A DNA stretch of 64,000 nucleotides, from assembly GCA_012295275.1 (NCBI GenBank), contig CM022672.1:1736001-1800000 (forward strand), written 5' to 3'. This document shows positions 27,886 to 42,626 of this stretch, one piece after another (position 1 is the stretch's first letter; each line of letters begins with the position of its first letter). The notes under the pieces are model-generated. The model did not search any database. It was not told the DNA's origin and worked only from the letters and a program-made list of their open reading frames with translations. The stretch comes from Chrysomallon squamiferum (taxonomy: Eukaryota > Animalia > Mollusca). Position numbers and translations under genes: made by a program.

Positions 27886-30800
27886 TTATTCACTCACAAA
27901 TAGCTATAAACTCACTGAAATGCACCAACATACATGAACACACACATACATATACTATTACAAAGACCCCACAAACAAATGCAGACAAGCACCTGACATA
28001 CAAACACAGATATTTATCTGCACTAAAAAGAAAAGGTTCCGTCTTTTTTTATAAACCCTTTATTAAACAGAACATCTGCACTTGATCTGATTGTTCAGTC
28101 TCAGCAACACCATGTCTACGTGTTCTATCAGAGTTTATCTGGCAGCTGTCTGCCTTGTTCTCACTACTCCCACCACAAACACAGGCAACAGTAAAAGGCC
28201 AAACATGTCATAGCATTCACTTATATTGTTGCATGCAGCCCTAGTCAGATAAATACCAAATGGGCAAATCGTGTGTTTCAGTTGGAAGTGGTATAAATAA
28301 AGATGAATAAACACACAGGATCCTACATCAGTGCTCTGAGTTTGTGTCTGATGTTGTGGTTTTCAGTTGATTTTTTTTTTTTTTTTTTTTTTTGTTCATA
28401 TTTTTATATTTTGTTAAAGGGAAAACCTGGTTGTAATTCAGGAGATACATGAAAAAAAGAAAGGTTTCAAGTGTTATTTAGATTTTTGGAGCAGGAAGTG
28501 GTTTGATATTTAAAAAAAAAATAAAATAATCTAATTATAGACAGAAAAAAAAATATATGTTGGAAATATAAAGGGTTTGAAGATTTTCAAAAAGCAAGTT
28601 TTTAAAGTAGAATAGAAGACAGTTTTGAAAAGAGAAATGATTTAAAGTTGTTGGCTTTTTGTTTTTTTTTTTAGTAAACTGTAAAAACTGAAAAATATAA
28701 TGATTTACTAAAATATCATTAAAAAAATGCAAATAAATTCTAAATAATAGCCATGTTTATGAAAGTTAATTAAAATATATTTTTATATTGTTTCATCATT
28801 ATGCAAAAAATTAAATTATTAAATTTAAATTTTTTTTTTTTAACACAACTGGCTTTATCCATCACACACATAACTTAGAGTTATCATGTCTTCCATTATT
28901 TTTCAGAACTGTCATCATTTTTCTGTAGCTGTGACGTCATCACACACATGATTGAACATCTTCAGTCTGCCATGCAAGCAGGGATGTCACAACCACAGAG
29001 TGATCAGTCAAAATGTTCAGATGTTTTGTAACAATTTTATTATCAAACTTTATTGTTGACATTGACACATCATCCTGAAACATCAAAATAATAAGTTGAA
29101 AGTAAAAAAAATATTTTTATAATACTATTTGTTCACTCCATCACAGCTACCCTTAAAGGGCAAAACCCTCTTTGTGGAAAAATAAAACAAACTTCTCTGT
29201 TATGATCTACTGAAGCTGAAAATTGTGGCAAATGTCTAACAGATGTTCTTATGGATATTGAGCAAAAACCCAGCTTCATAAACAAGCAAATCAATAAGAA
29301 ACTGACAAAGAATAACAACACAACACAGAGAAATCTATTTACCTGTATTAATTAATCCATTAAGGTAATCCATTAAGAACATGATGCTGGTGTTTGTGTG
29401 ATCAATGTAAACTTTTGTGTGACCAACTGGAACTTAACACAGCTGTTATGTTTAGACTTTGTGTCAAATATCTGATTTATTTTTAATGTTATCTTTATAT
29501 ATATATATAAGAATTAATAAGAAAATGAAAACAGAAAAGCTCAATTAAAAATAATCTCAACACTTGTCAACAACGGCTTTTAATATTTTTAATTATTTCG
29601 AGTTTTCTAAATTATCTTACTTAAGTTCATTCTTTTGTGCACAAAAAATGAGAGATATTTTGAGATTTGTTGAAGAAAGCCCTTTGAAATTTAACCATCT
29701 TGTTAAAATGGTTGAAAGATCTGCTTTAATTCATTATGAATCTGTGTGACAGAACTTAATACATATCAAAACTTATCAAGAATAATTTTATAATTTGAAT
29801 TAGAAGTGCATGACAGACTCTATTTAACTCTCGAACATTTTTCTGTAACATATTTCACCGAGCTTGCTGAATTAATGACAGTGTAAAATAATATTACTCA
29901 ACCAAGTATGTGATAACATTAACTAAATTATATTTCCATCTGCACAAGAATGCATGAATGACTCCCTTTAATTTTCAACATCATAATTTACAGTATGGTA
30001 TCTCTTTATAACTTATAATAAAAATATTTAAAAGAAAAAAAAAACAATACAAAAAACGTATCAGATAACTTAATAAAAAAATAATTTTTAATACATACTA
30101 AAACTTCATAACTGGTCTTCTTCATCACAATTGAAATATCGGAATTCTTAGATCTTCTTTAATTTTTAAACTAATGACAACATATATCAATCTGATGCAG
30201 CCGTACAGCTCTAATCTTATCAAAAATAATTTTTTGTATTCATTCATAAATACATGAGTGATTCTCTTTAATAGTGATTAACTGCTCCTGGTTTTCATTT
30301 TATCTTGATGTTATATATGTCATTAGTGCAACCTGATGATAATATAATCATGTTTTAGTACAGCAGTGAAGATGAAAAAGTAATTTTATACTGTTATGAT
30401 TGCTTGAGTGATTCCCTTTAATCATGATGAAATTTTAAACTTGGAATTCTACTTTGTTAAATTAAAATTAATGTAATTAAATATGAAAAAAATCTTATAG
30501 CCATATTAAAAATAAATTTTCTACACCATATAAAATACACAGATGTCTGCCTTTAAATGCAATGAAATTTTTAAATCAGAAATGTATGCTGTTAAATCAG
30601 AATTAATGTAATATACAAGTTAAATCTAATAACAAATAACAATTTGACTCACTTTAATGGGACCTGTTGTTTTACTTACAAATATTCTTTCAAGACTGTC
30701 TAATGAATAACAGTATGAAATTAGATGTAAATGAATATCCATTAACCTTAGCAAACAACTCAAGCACAGCTGTTTTACTAATTCTGTTTCGCTGAAATCT

Positions 30801-32244
30801 CAGTGTCCAGAATATTGTCTTATAAATAATGTCTGAAAAAGTTGTTAAATTGAAGATAATAATATTTATGTGACTATTTCAATTGTTTTTATTGTTTATT
30901 TTTATTGTAATTTGTTATTTATACATGTATATCAGGCATGGTTCAGCAAAAGACAGAGAGATAAAGATGAATATTTTCAAATAAACGAGTTATTCAAATT
31001 AACAATCTCAATCACAGTTTCTCTGAAAATATATTTCATCAGCACAAATATGCAAATCTTAAAGATTAATAAAGATGAGGGATTCTGCTTGAGTGCCATC
31101 GATAACAACAGTAAATTACATAGCAATAAAAATAATCTTTTTTTTTCTCTTCACATGCTTATAACATGACCAAAAAGTAATTTTTTGTGTTCTTTTTATC
31201 ATCTTATACATGAATGAATAAATGAAAGCTTAATGACTGTACTTTCCTAGAATAAAATTATTAGTTGTTTTTATATTTTGATATAGTTATTAGGTAATGT
31301 GTGTATATAAACATATGTATGTATGTATGAAAATATGTGCAAGTATGTGTGTGTATACACATGCATACATTATATATATATGGATTAATATGATGACAAT
31401 GCAAGAACCTAAATCAATTATGGGTTATTCTTATTTCTTAGCAGTAATCAATCATCTATCAGCACCTTTCCTTAATCAGCAAAGCATAAACTTTAATATT
31501 TACAAACATAACACAATAAATATGATCAGAACATATTCATGAAACATGAGACTATCATTTTTTCATCTCTTACATTTATTATAATATTTCTTCCAATATT
31601 AAAAAGAAGAAAAAAATAAAAATAATAATGAACAATAGATTATAAGGCTTTGATAACCTTCATGTCTAATGTTTCATAAATAATAATGTTCAGTTGTTTT
31701 GCTTTTAAAAGATCAATATTCCTGCACCGCAACAACAAAACTTAATTATATGTTTTGAGAAAAACATACACAACATATGAACAGACAGACAGACACACAC
31801 ACACGCACACACACATACATTTTTACTAACTTATGCATACAGCAACTGAAATAACATTAATAACAGAATGATGATATTTAAACATAAAAATGTTGCAACA
31901 TCCTCAAAAATAGTAATGAAAAAACAATAACAAAAGAATCAATAATAACAAAATGTTGACAATGAATTCAACCACAAACACTTTTATTCTGTAACCTTCA
32001 GCAACAAATCAACAACAGACACATTTTACTTGAAACCTTTACACAAAAACATAAACAAATCAGTAAAGAACTCAAGACAGCACATTCCAAATAGTTAAAA
32101 CGTAATTTTATGCTGTTATGGTTGCATGAGTGATTCCCTTTAATCATGATTAGATTTCTACTTTGTTAAATTACACAAATCAGTAAAAAACTCAAGACAG
32201 CACATTCCAAATAGTTCAAAAACCCAACAAAATAAATGGATCAT

Positions 32245-32306
<62 letters not shown>

Positions 32307-33384
32307 ACACACGCACCGATCTTACTAAGTCTCTGGAACAAGGCCAACATCATCACAGACAAGACACATTAACACACAAAAAAGAAACACTGCATTCTAT
32401 TACATTTATTTTCTCAACAGCATCAACCATGACATTCTGTCCAAGCCTTACAAAAATACACCGATGTAGCAAGACAATGATTACTTCATTGCTATAACAA
32501 CTCTCCCAAGCAAAGTAATGGCTGTATTATTGAAATGGTTTGTTTACAAGAAACCTTTGCAACTACAAGGATGCAGCAACACAGTGCAGATGGGCTATGG
32601 CAATAAGCAATTTCCGCAGAAAAAGTTCCTCTACTTTGACAGTTATTTTTATTTTATTTTATCATGATCGATATATCAATAATCATGAACAATATTGTGG
32701 AGAAATAAAAAAGAAGAGATTTTTGTAAAGAACATATAAATAGGTTTTCTACTGTTTGCAGGAGATTTTAAATTATTTAAATTATAATCGTATCTGTTTG
32801 TTGTCATGTAATGATAATAAATTAATTTTGAAAAACAGCTTTTGAAATGTTTGAAGAAGATTTAGGATTATGTTAACATTTCAAAATTAATATCATGCTA
32901 CAGTGATTACAAGAGTTTAAAAATAATAATAATAATAAAGAAAACAGAATTTTTGTAATTTTTGTATGAGATTTTGGATGACTGAGATTATAATAATATC
33001 TTCATGTTCACCCTTTGAATTCATGTATATTAGTTAAAAGATTTTTTTTTTCTTTCTTAAAACTTAATAAAGAAAATACAAATGGATTTTGAAATGTTGC
33101 TGGAAATTTAGAATTAAAGCTATATTGATTATATATGGTTGATAATTCCTAAACCAGTTTGGTATCTGTGATAATACCCATGTGATTGTTAGCTTTTTCC
33201 ATGTCATTTTCCACTGATTATAAGGATTAACATTACCGTAATAAGGAAAAAACAATTGTACTTTGCAAGGAAATTCTGATTTATGGGCCACTATATTTTG
33301 AAATTATTAGTTATTATGTGGAATTTTCTCTACACCTAAGAGTGAAAAACAACTGACTCCATTCCGTGAACTGTCCATCACCTA

Positions 33385-33555
33385 CCAGCATGGAGTCTGT
33401 ACATGCATTTCCCCACAGACATCAACACAAATAGCAAAGCCTTTGATAAACCAATTAGGAACCGAGATGGTGATGGGTACTGGAATAACAAATACACAGA
33501 GGAGGTTTGATCTTACAACCCTCCATGCCCAAGATGAATGCTCCATTACTGAAGT
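33385..33555 (-). mobile_element. Degenerate SINE-like element (same family, head-proximal part)
   Basis: 'cccacagac...gcctttgataaacca...gaggtttgatcttacaacc...gaatgctccattactga'. Confidence 0.5.
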
Positions 33556-33945
33556 GAAGTGTGTTTTAGCATATCTCTGCATTTTGCGATGGGCAGCTTT
33601 TCAAATTAAATTATTTCTGTTTCAGTAACTCTTTTTGAACTTTGTGGTCGATACCAAACTCAGAGTTTTGGGCAGGATGTTCTGGTAAGCCTGCTTTATC
33701 TTGTTATTTTCACTTCTGAGATCTGGTGAAAAGCTAAGTGTCTGTAGCAAGATCTTTATATAGACTTTTTAAATACTGATGTAAACATGTATGTGCTATT
33801 TATGTATGAATGTGTCTGTGTGTGTGTGTGTGTGTTTCTGAGTATATACATATGCTTGTATATATATGTATATGTATGTAAATATGTGACTGTATGTATT
33901 ATGTGTATGTATGTGTGTGGGTGTATATATACACATACATATATA

Positions 33946-33991
<46 letters not shown>

Positions 33992-34982
33992 CATCAGTTA
34001 TGTATAACCCCAAAAACCAATTAATCCATATATATACATACAGACACAAATAACATTTTACAACATTTCTCATTATGATAGCAATCAGATTCTTGCAAAT
34101 AAAACTGCAAATTCTTGTGGTTGTTTATTCCCAGACGCTTCAAGAAATCCTCAAATTTTATGCATTAATCTTTAAAAAGGTCAAAACTGTCTTTAAATGA
34201 TAAGCATCAGAAAATGAAATGTCAAAATGGAAACCAAAAAGGAAAAGGAAAAAAAAAAGACAAATTAAATCAGGTATAAAATTAGGTATTTTTTGTATTT
34301 TTATTTTTTTTTGGTTCTTGTCTTCAAATTATTCTTGTTCTATTCTTAGCTGTGTGGCTAATTAGCTGTTTCAGAAATTTATGAATAATTCATCACAGAA
34401 TCTCAGCAGTGTTGTTGACAAGACAGTGCTGAGAAAAAAAATATCAAAATATATTTATTACATATAATTAAATCTTTTTGTTAATCAAAAATATCACAAC
34501 ACAGTGGCTTTATCAACCAAAACTGATGGAAATTATTAAAAATAATAATAATAATAATAATTTATATATTTGTCGTATATTACATTTGTATTATGATATT
34601 ATGATCAGGATTAAAAATATGAACTGAAAAGAAACTGTATAATCTTGTCACTTCATGACTTAAGACATCTGTGAACCAAGGAACAAATAAATATGTATGG
34701 CAATGACATTTCCATCATGTCTTAAAATGTGTCTAACCTAAGAAGTAAAAGACACATGAGAGAAGAACAAGAGAAAGGACAGGATGGCATGTTTATTATT
34801 CTTCAAAACAGAACAAAACAATAAAACATTATTTTCATTGTGATCAGCCACACCAAAACCCAAACAAAACAAACCAACGACAATAATAATAAAAAAAATA
34901 CTTGATATTTCCACTAGAACTTAAAATGTGTGTGAACTAAGATAAATGAATTAAGTTAAATGAAAGATCACAGAGAACAAGA

Positions 34983-35252
34983 AAAGAAAAAATGTTAGTG
35001 AAAATTAGGATCAGGTGTTGTGTGTGATGTTCGAGTAATGAGATACAAGTGAAAACATCTACACACAAAATCTTCTGTGAGATAATTTCCCCAGGGGGTC
35101 AAAGTGAGAAACACCAGCTATAAAAATAACTCAAGTTTGTGTTTACTACTATTAGCCTGCTCTGTTACAATCTTCTTTTTTACTGGAGTTTTTTTCTACA
35201 GGGTTACAAATTATTTCTGTAATTATTATTTACAATGTTGCGAACTGAAAAC
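34983..35252 (+). repeat. Left arm of a ~270-bp near-perfect inverted repeat
   Basis: Reverse complement of 36487-36758; e.g. gataatttccccagggggtcaaagtgagaaacaccagctata versus tatagctggtgtttctcactttgaccccctggggaaattatc. Confidence 0.95.
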
Positions 35253-35467
35253 AAAAGAACTATGCTATGTACTTTGACAACACAACCTGTTGCAGTGTTT
35301 GTACAAAAAGTGATTCTACCTGTAACATAATTAAAAATTTAAGTGAATTTTAAAAAATAATATTAATATTGTATTTCCACTGTAATTGAAAATCTAAATT
35401 AAAAATATTTCTAGACTGTTATTAAAACTAATATTTAAAATACACACACACACACACACACACACAT

Positions 35468-35498
<31 letters not shown>

Positions 35499-36486
35499 AA
35501 GATTCTATTTTCATCAAGATTAATTTGCTTTCGATCTGTATTTGATGAAGAAGAAGAAGAAAAAGAAAAAGAAGAAATGTTTTTGATCTAAGAAAAAAAG
35601 AACAAGTATGTTTTAATATTACCTCCATGGTTTAAAATGATGGTAAAATAAGGTTTATCTAACTGTAAACATAATTAACAATAACAGTGCCTGTAACAAA
35701 ATTGTTTTTTTGTGCATATATATCACAATTTATGATCTCCTTATCCTGTTTGTATCAAGGATATCCTAATGTCTGTGATAACATGGAATAAAAAGCACTG
35801 GCAAGATAACAAAATTTGTCACACATAAAAATATTGATTTCCATATCTCTTGATGAATTCACAGACACATCACTTGCAGCAGTGCCAGTGTGGAAATTAT
35901 ATTGTTAATTCTATGTGTGTTAGGTGTGTTTACAGATATATATCTACATCAGAAACTCAAAATTCAGTTAATAACCACTTATGTAAGAAAGTTAATAGAA
36001 GAATTCTCTTTGATATTTTATCTTCTTTTTTTTTTTTCTCAAAAGAATATTCTTAGTTATAGTAGTGATGTTAGTAGTGGTGATAATAATAAAAGTAATA
36101 ATAACACAACAATGATAATAACAATAACAATAACAACAATAATAATGACACTGACAATGATAATTGAGTAAAGATAATAAATAAAAATAATGATAAAATG
36201 ATTGTAAATAATGATGATGGCTTTTGTAATGATGATGCATTGGTGACTAATTATTATGGAGATGATAACTAACTACAGTGAAAGTAATAATGATGTGATG
36301 ATTTTAATATGTTTTTAAAACTCTGCTGATAAAATTAATACGTTTAAATAATGTAAAACTGTAAAAATGTAAAAATAAAAATACAAAATGTAGTAAAAAT
36401 ATAGCATATTACTTCTTTTTTTTTTTTCACTTTTATTATTCAGAACATTTGATGCAAATACAGCATTTTATATTTTTGGTTCATTC

Positions 36487-36758
36487 TTTTTTCAGTTCAC
36501 AACATTGTAAATAATAATTACAGAAATAATATGTAACCCTGTAGAAAAAAAAAACAGTAAAAAAGAAGATTGTAACAGAGCAGGCTAATAGTAGTAAACA
36601 CAAACTTGAGTTATTTTTATAGCTGGTGTTTCTCACTTTGACCCCCTGGGGAAATTATCTCACAGAAGATTTTGTGTGTAGATGTTTTCACTTGTATCTC
36701 ATTACTTGAACATCACACACACAACACCTGATCCTAATTTTCACTAACATTTTTCTTT
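36487..36758 (-). repeat. Right arm of the ~270-bp near-perfect inverted repeat
   Basis: Reverse complement of 34983-35252 with only a few mismatches and one altered homopolymer run. Confidence 0.95.
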
Positions 36759-38894
36759 CCTCGTTTTCGTTTCTTTGAGATTCTCTATTTTCTTGTTCTT
36801 TGTGTTGTCTTGGTATTCTTTCGATCACTGACCTTTTAAATGAAGATGAAAATATCTCGATAGTTTTTAGTCTTCTTCTGTTCATGGACATCTTAATCTT
36901 CAGACTGTCTAGACTTGTTCTTTCAGTCACATTGTTATTATTGTAATGATTATTATTATTATTACTGTTATTATCATTAACATCATTGTTATTGTTATTG
37001 TTATTATTATCAATCTTTTTTTCTGTTTTTTTTCCAATTTTTCCTTTGAGTAGTTTTAAATTATAACAGACATAATGCATTTTAATATTACTGAAATGTT
37101 ATTTTATTTTAGATGCATAATTAATTTTCTATTGTACTGATATGTTATTTTGGAACTGTAATGTACATAACATTTTTCATTGATGACAATGGTGGCAATT
37201 ATTTATAATAATTTTTAAGAAATCTGAAGCAAATGTATATGTTGTGAGAAGAGAATATTGTTTTTCTATTTTCCAGAGCACCCCACACAATCAGTGTTCA
37301 AATTCCAAGTAAAAAAATTGGAAACAATGCCCAATATTGCCCAAAAAATCTTTATCAAGATTCTTTAAACACTAAAATCTTTAGCATTCATTTTTATTAT
37401 ATTTTCTTTTAATTCAAAAAAAAAAAAAAAAAAAAAAAAAAATGATATTTTTCAATTCATAAATGTTTTTATAAAAATTAAAAAAATCTAAATTTCCAGA
37501 TGTTCTAAATCCTAACTGTAAAAATATATAAGCTTTGGGGCAACTCCTCTCCCCCCCAAAACAAAACTCCACCATTTTTGTGCAACTTCTGTTGAATTCT
37601 AAATCTCAACCACAAAACGACATAAGCTCTGGGGCAAATATACAAAAATCACCACTGTCATGCAACCACTGTCGAACACAAGTCTCCCTGTCACAAAGAA
37701 AAGGAAATTAAAGTTAAGCCAGCCAACACAGAGAAAGATGAAGGAAAGTAAAAAAAAAAAAAAAAACAGACGAAAATACGACATCATTACATCTGAAAAA
37801 TCCATAAGCTGCAGTTGCCATTGGTGATAAAGATCCCAGAGTTATGAAAGAAAAACATCAGTAGATTGATTCAGACAAAACAAATAGCACAACATTGTTT
37901 GGCAAAATCTGTTAGGAAACAAGCGAATGTGTCTGTCATGTTTCCTGGAATTATTTACAGACATACCTGCTCAAAAAAATAAAATAATAACAGTTATAAA
38001 ATAAAAGAAAAAGAAAATAATCTTGTTTTTGTCTGGTAAATACTGTTTATTATCATAACAGAAGAGTGGAATAAATAACAACAACAACAACAGCAGCAGC
38101 AACTACAATTACAATAACAGTAAAAAATAACAATAACAATAACAATAATGATAATAAAATAACAAAAAAATATAGATCAGATATAAATTATTGTCAGTAA
38201 ATTTCGATTCCGTCATTAAATGAAATGAAACCCATTTTCAATAACAGCAGCAGAAAGATGCCATTACAACACAATTGCTATGGTTACAAGAAAAAATGGA
38301 TTTAAAAAGGTGTCATTGTCTTCATATTCATCAACTGATTTATTATTCTTTTTACTTACAAAAAATAAAATAACAACATGGCTGCCATTACAGTTTTTAC
38401 TAACCTATTAATATGGATGAGGCAATATACAATGAGCACATAATCTGATATATCGTTAAGTGAAACAGCTTAAATAATTCTCTATGAAATATGATATTGC
38501 AAATGGTTCTTGTCAAAGCATTTCTATATTTGATGTATTTTATGAAGATTTGCTTGTTTTATGTTATTTTTTTTAAATTAATATTTGTCTCCATTATTTA
38601 TTGTGTATTAAAAGTGTTATTGAATATAATTAAACAAATGAGTATTGGTTCATAACTGAAATATTTATGTGCAAACTAATTTCTTTTTGTGTGTTTTTTC
38701 TTTTACTTTATATATTTTTAATCTTAATTTTAATTGATTTGTAGCATTATTGTAATGTATATATATAACATTAATAAGAGCAGTGATACTAGAATTTGTA
38801 GTTGGAAAAGTAGCAATGAATTAATAAATTAACATTAATGTGTTTTTTTCAAAATTGATTTAGTGTGAGTCATAATTCATATAGTGTATGAGCT

Positions 38895-39000
38895 ACCTTT
38901 TTCTGATTAGTAAGCAACAGATCTTTTGCATAAACCTTCCCAAACTCGGGACAGCACATACCATGTCAACTGATAAACCAGGCACGGTCAGGAATGGGAC
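38895..39000 (-). mobile_element. Degenerate SINE-like fragment (same family)
   Basis: 'gattagtaagcaacagatctttt...gacagcacatacca...tgataaaccag...ggaatggga'. Confidence 0.5.
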
Positions 39001-39503
39001 ATTTTTTATAAAAACAAAGATGTAGTCTGTTGCTGCTGATCATGTTTACAGGTGTAGCTGTTAGCCTCAGAGTGGAATGCTGTAACTGATGCTTTTGGAA
39101 TGCTGCCTGCAATCAGTAAGTGCCTGTAACAGTCACAATTAGGCATATGATGTGATGTGTGAATGCTGAAAGATTTGTGAAGATATGTGTCACATTTTAG
39201 GCTATGCAGGCACATGCTGTGTTAAGAAAGTATTTCAAAAACAGCTTCTGGTCTACCTACTTACAAACGTGTTGGTAAAGATGACTTTGAGTGTGTGCTG
39301 TATGTTGTGTTGAGTGTTGAGTATGGGTGTGTGTGTGTGTGTGGGTGTGTGTTTGTGTGTGTGAGGGTGTGTTTGTATGTGTAAATATATATTTACAGGT
39401 TTGCTTCAGTATATAATTTATCAGTTTTTCTGCATGCATTTCTGTATTGTGTTTATCTATGTGTTTGATTTGGGAGATATGTATGGGTTTTGTGAGTATG
39501 TTT

Positions 39504-39555
<52 letters not shown>

Positions 39556-41669
39556 TGTTTGCACATGTACGTGTGTTTGACTGTGTGTTTGCTATGCATT
39601 TATGAGGTTTTTTTGTGTTATGTGTTATCTGAGTACAGTATTTATGAAAATATGTATTTAAGTATGTATCTATTTGTGTACTGTAAACAAATAAAGTGCA
39701 TGTAACTGAGCAAGTGTTAATGAATACTACAGGTGCATATCTATGTGTTGTGTATGCATGTGCATGTTTTGTATGTCAGTGTGAATTTCACAAAGATGTA
39801 CATGTGTAGGTAGGAATGTACGTTGTAAAACAAACATAATTAATTTTTTCTGAATAAAACATCATTTATAATGAGCATCTGAAATAACAATTCACCCATC
39901 AAAAAATGTGTGCACTTCATGAAACATGTTGATATCCCGTCTCAGCAAAGCCTTCTTTATAATTACTTCCAGCTTTCACCAAAAATACACTGCAGTGTAA
40001 CTTGTATGTATGTAAAAACATTACTGGGTAATTAACTTTTTACAAAACACATGAACATTAACATACACTCCCATAATAAACCAGATAAAAATACACATAC
40101 ATGCTTATATTTAAATATACGTACATACATACATACATACATACATACATACATAAATATTTTCAAAAGTCACATTATTACAAAAATGGTTATAACAACA
40201 AGCAAATAGATAAAATCAAAGTAACATATACAAAACTATACTGTAACTCTGGCTTTTTCTCTGAGAAATAACTTTCAGCAAAAAGAAAAGTGTTTCCAAA
40301 AAAGAAGAAAACAAAAAACTAGAAGAAGAAGAAAAAAAGAAGAAGAAGAAAAGAAAGAAGAAAACAAAATAAGAAAAAGCTAGGGGATATATCTAAACAG
40401 TGAATGTACTAGATCTGATGGTTAAAAATGATATTTGTCACTGGGTGTTTTTCATTGTTATATTTGCCTAGCTGGGTAACAGTGGATATTTTCACTATTG
40501 CCACTGGATATAATTTAAACAGCAAAAATACTGTGTTACTGTTGGGTTATTTCTATAAATAAAAAATATTAATTATTGTTATCTTGTGAAGCTATGATCA
40601 CTAATTCCAATTTAATCTGTTCACAGCATGTTTTAAATCATATGTATATTTATATCATGCACAAAACTCAGTAAACAAACATGCATGTACATTTACATAC
40701 ATACATAAAAAGAATGACATAGATATATATTATATACACAATACATGCATAGATAAACTATAAACATGAAATAGTTTGGAACCCTTTACAGAAAGTATAC
40801 AGAGATCCAGGAAACATTACTGGTGAAAAAACCCTATTTCTTGCTAATATTTTTATTTTTAATTTTATTTGAAATTAGGTTATATCAACCACAAAATCAG
40901 AGCAGAATATCTTTCAGTAATCCTGGATTAAAAAAAAAAGAAAAGAAAGAATTAGAAACCCACCACTCATTAACAGATTTCTACAACTCAAGATATTCTG
41001 ACATTTCAACTCTACTTCACCACATACATTGCAATAACTCTCAGAATAATCAATATGTAAAGTTGTTCATAGTTAAAGTTTAATTATGTAGGAATACATA
41101 AACATTTCAGCTGTTACTTGTGGAGAGATGTAAAGATTTGGTTTGTTTGTTGCATGGCTCAGTCAGGTGAACTCAGATGAAGTATTTTCCTATTACCTCA
41201 GCTCACATAAATAATGAGGTGAAAATTGATTACCTGTTTGAAGACGACAGGTGAAAACCCCAAGAGAAATAGAATGTAACACGTTGTGTAGCATTATTTC
41301 ATTATATGCATATATGTATAAAACCTGTACATATGTATGAATACACACAGACACAAATACAATACACACAATCACAAATAAATACATACATAAAGTAAGC
41401 ATATATATTCATACACAGACACAGAAACACACAGACACACACACACCTGTACATACACACACATTGTTGGATGTTCAAGGACCAAGCAAAAATATCATAC
41501 AGAGTAAAAGACATAACAAACAGTGTTATGAGTGAAATGTCAAGACTGTAATTATAGACAGTTCCCATCCCTGAATAATTAATTTTCTATAATCAACAGC
41601 TGGAAGAAAGAACAACTTTCTATTTTAACAAAACACTTAAATGTGAATAACAGTTGACAAGATGATCAG

Positions 41670-41820
41670 AAAGGAAATCCAGTGCTGCTATGCCACAAGC
41701 AATTCTTTTAATAGCAACAAGAAATCTCTCAAATGCACCATCCCATTGACTAAAAAAAAACATTCTGTGTTTCTTTTGATAAACCAGTCATGAGACAGTG
41801 GTTGGAATGGGAAGCTGAAC
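41670..41820 (-). mobile_element. Degenerate SINE-like element (same family)
   Basis: 'aggaaatcc...atagcaacaagaaatctctcaaatgcaccatccca...tttgataaaccagtcatgagacagtggttggaatggg'. Confidence 0.55.
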
Positions 41821-42501
41821 AATACATGCACCTAACAGTACTGACCCTGATTTACTATTAGACCTGAGGATGATTGCACCCAACCCCCCCTAGCTACTGC
41901 CACCCAGTATGAAGTATGAATTAGATTTTTATTACATATCTCCTGGGTCACTAACCAGAACCCAGTGGTCTACTAACACAGATTTACTTTTAAAAACTCA
42001 TCAACACTACTGGAGTCAAGTTCTTAAGTGTTCTCAGCTTTTACCTTACTCTGTGTTTTTCCATCACTGATTATGCTCATCTGAAGAATCTCTTGTAGCT
42101 GTAACTTTAGAATTAACAGGTGTTTGACACACAAATACATAGAAGCATTACTGTTCTCCATCTGTTGTTTTTGAAAATAAATCTATTCATTTTTTTTAGG
42201 GATTTATGTTTCTGTTGTTGTTGACTTTTGGGCGTGTTTTATTTTCTTTTTTGTGCTACAGAACCTCTATGTGTTTAGGGCCAAACACAATGAAGGGTCA
42301 CATATTATCAGTTATGACCTGTTCTCACAAAGGTTCACAGAGTCACTGATGATGATGATGATGATTGCTGATTCATTCTTTAGCACAAACAGGCAACTGT
42401 TTGTAGTGATTTTGTTTCTTTCTTGCTTTGACAAACTTTTTGTTAGAGTTTTTTTTTACTTTGTGTTCTTTTTGTGAGATTTGGTCACGTTCTGGACTTA
42501 C

Positions 42502-42626
42502 CTGCTTGAAGCCGCGGTACATTATCTGCAGCTCCTTTCTGCTGAACTTCGTGTTTCGGCAAAGAACATCGATGCCTTCTGGCTTGTACCGCACCACCTG
42601 CATCTCAAGGTCATCAATGTCATGAT
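42502..42626 (-). CDS. KCNIP: KChIP core exon A (125 bp): (D)HDIDDLEMQVVRYKPEGIDVLCRNTKFSRKELQIMYRGFKQ
   Basis: Acceptor tttttag|AT (phase 1), donor CAG|gtaagt. The peptide matches the KChIP first common exon (ELEM..V...PEG....TKF...ELQ..YRGFK). Confidence 0.95.

Noticed and set aside
37599-37805. Hydrophobic 68-aa ORF inside the long intron
   Set aside because: Hydrophobicity comes from T-runs; no splice-compatible boundaries or homology.
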